DNA of 64,000 nucleotides from Escherichia phage ETEC-TG: sequence record OR786310.1; one strand, 5' to 3'. Shown piece by piece: positions 63,919 to 64,000 of this stretch (position 1 is its first letter; each line of letters starts with the position of its first letter). The notes under the pieces were generated by a model. It saw only the letters and a program-made list of their open reading frames with translations, ran no database searches and was not told where the DNA came from. The position numbers and the translations under genes were made by a program.

Positions 63919-64000
63919 TTTTCCTCCTTCACTTTAACCTCAAATTCTACAGGCTTGCCCTCAATGTAAAAACACTGATACTCTGACTTATCATCCTCAT

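Overview
The window looks like a gene-dense segment of a large virulent dsDNA phage, most consistent with a T4-type myovirus: it carries a T4 lysozyme (e) homolog, nrdA and nrdB separated by a homing-endonuclease-like gene, an RNase H-like 5'-3' nuclease, Pnk-kinase and Rnl1-like RNA repair genes, phoH and thyX. All calls are from reading the sequence and motif recall; no database search was run. Layout: (1) 1-660 is an AT-rich leader with direct repeats and Fur-box-like motifs. (2) 0.8-11.5 kb holds about 30 small plus-strand ORFs, most behind a repeated sigma70-like promoter plus GC stem-loop cassette (PeSL-like). (3) 11.5-13.0 kb is a ~1.5 kb non-coding region with strong A+C strand skew, CATTAGC iterons, palindromes and more Fur-box-like motifs. 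(4) 13.0-30.5 kb is a tightly packed plus-strand block of small early-type genes, including a 7-member paralogous family, a serine recombinase-like gene and several zinc-ribbon, membrane and secreted proteins. (5) 30.9-64 kb is a minus-strand block converging on block 4 at a bidirectional terminator; it carries a SIR2-like protein, two putative DNA methyltransferases, phosphatases, an HslV-like peptidase, PhoH, lysozyme, glutaredoxin, rmlC/rmlD, nrdB, nrdA, thyX, two homing-endonuclease-like genes, a DEDD exonuclease, a ligase and a three-gene RNA repair module. The candidates I rate highest are the 7-member paralogous family, the split RNA repair operon, the 5'-3' nuclease whose conserved N-terminus lies upstream of any ATG/GTG/TTG, and the SIR2/methyltransferase neighbourhood. 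No tRNA, rRNA or CRISPR array was recognised. Feature coordinates for unnamed ORFs come from the supplied ORF track with starts moved to the first start codon that follows a Shine-Dalgarno (SD) sequence where the track start overlapped a promoter hairpin.
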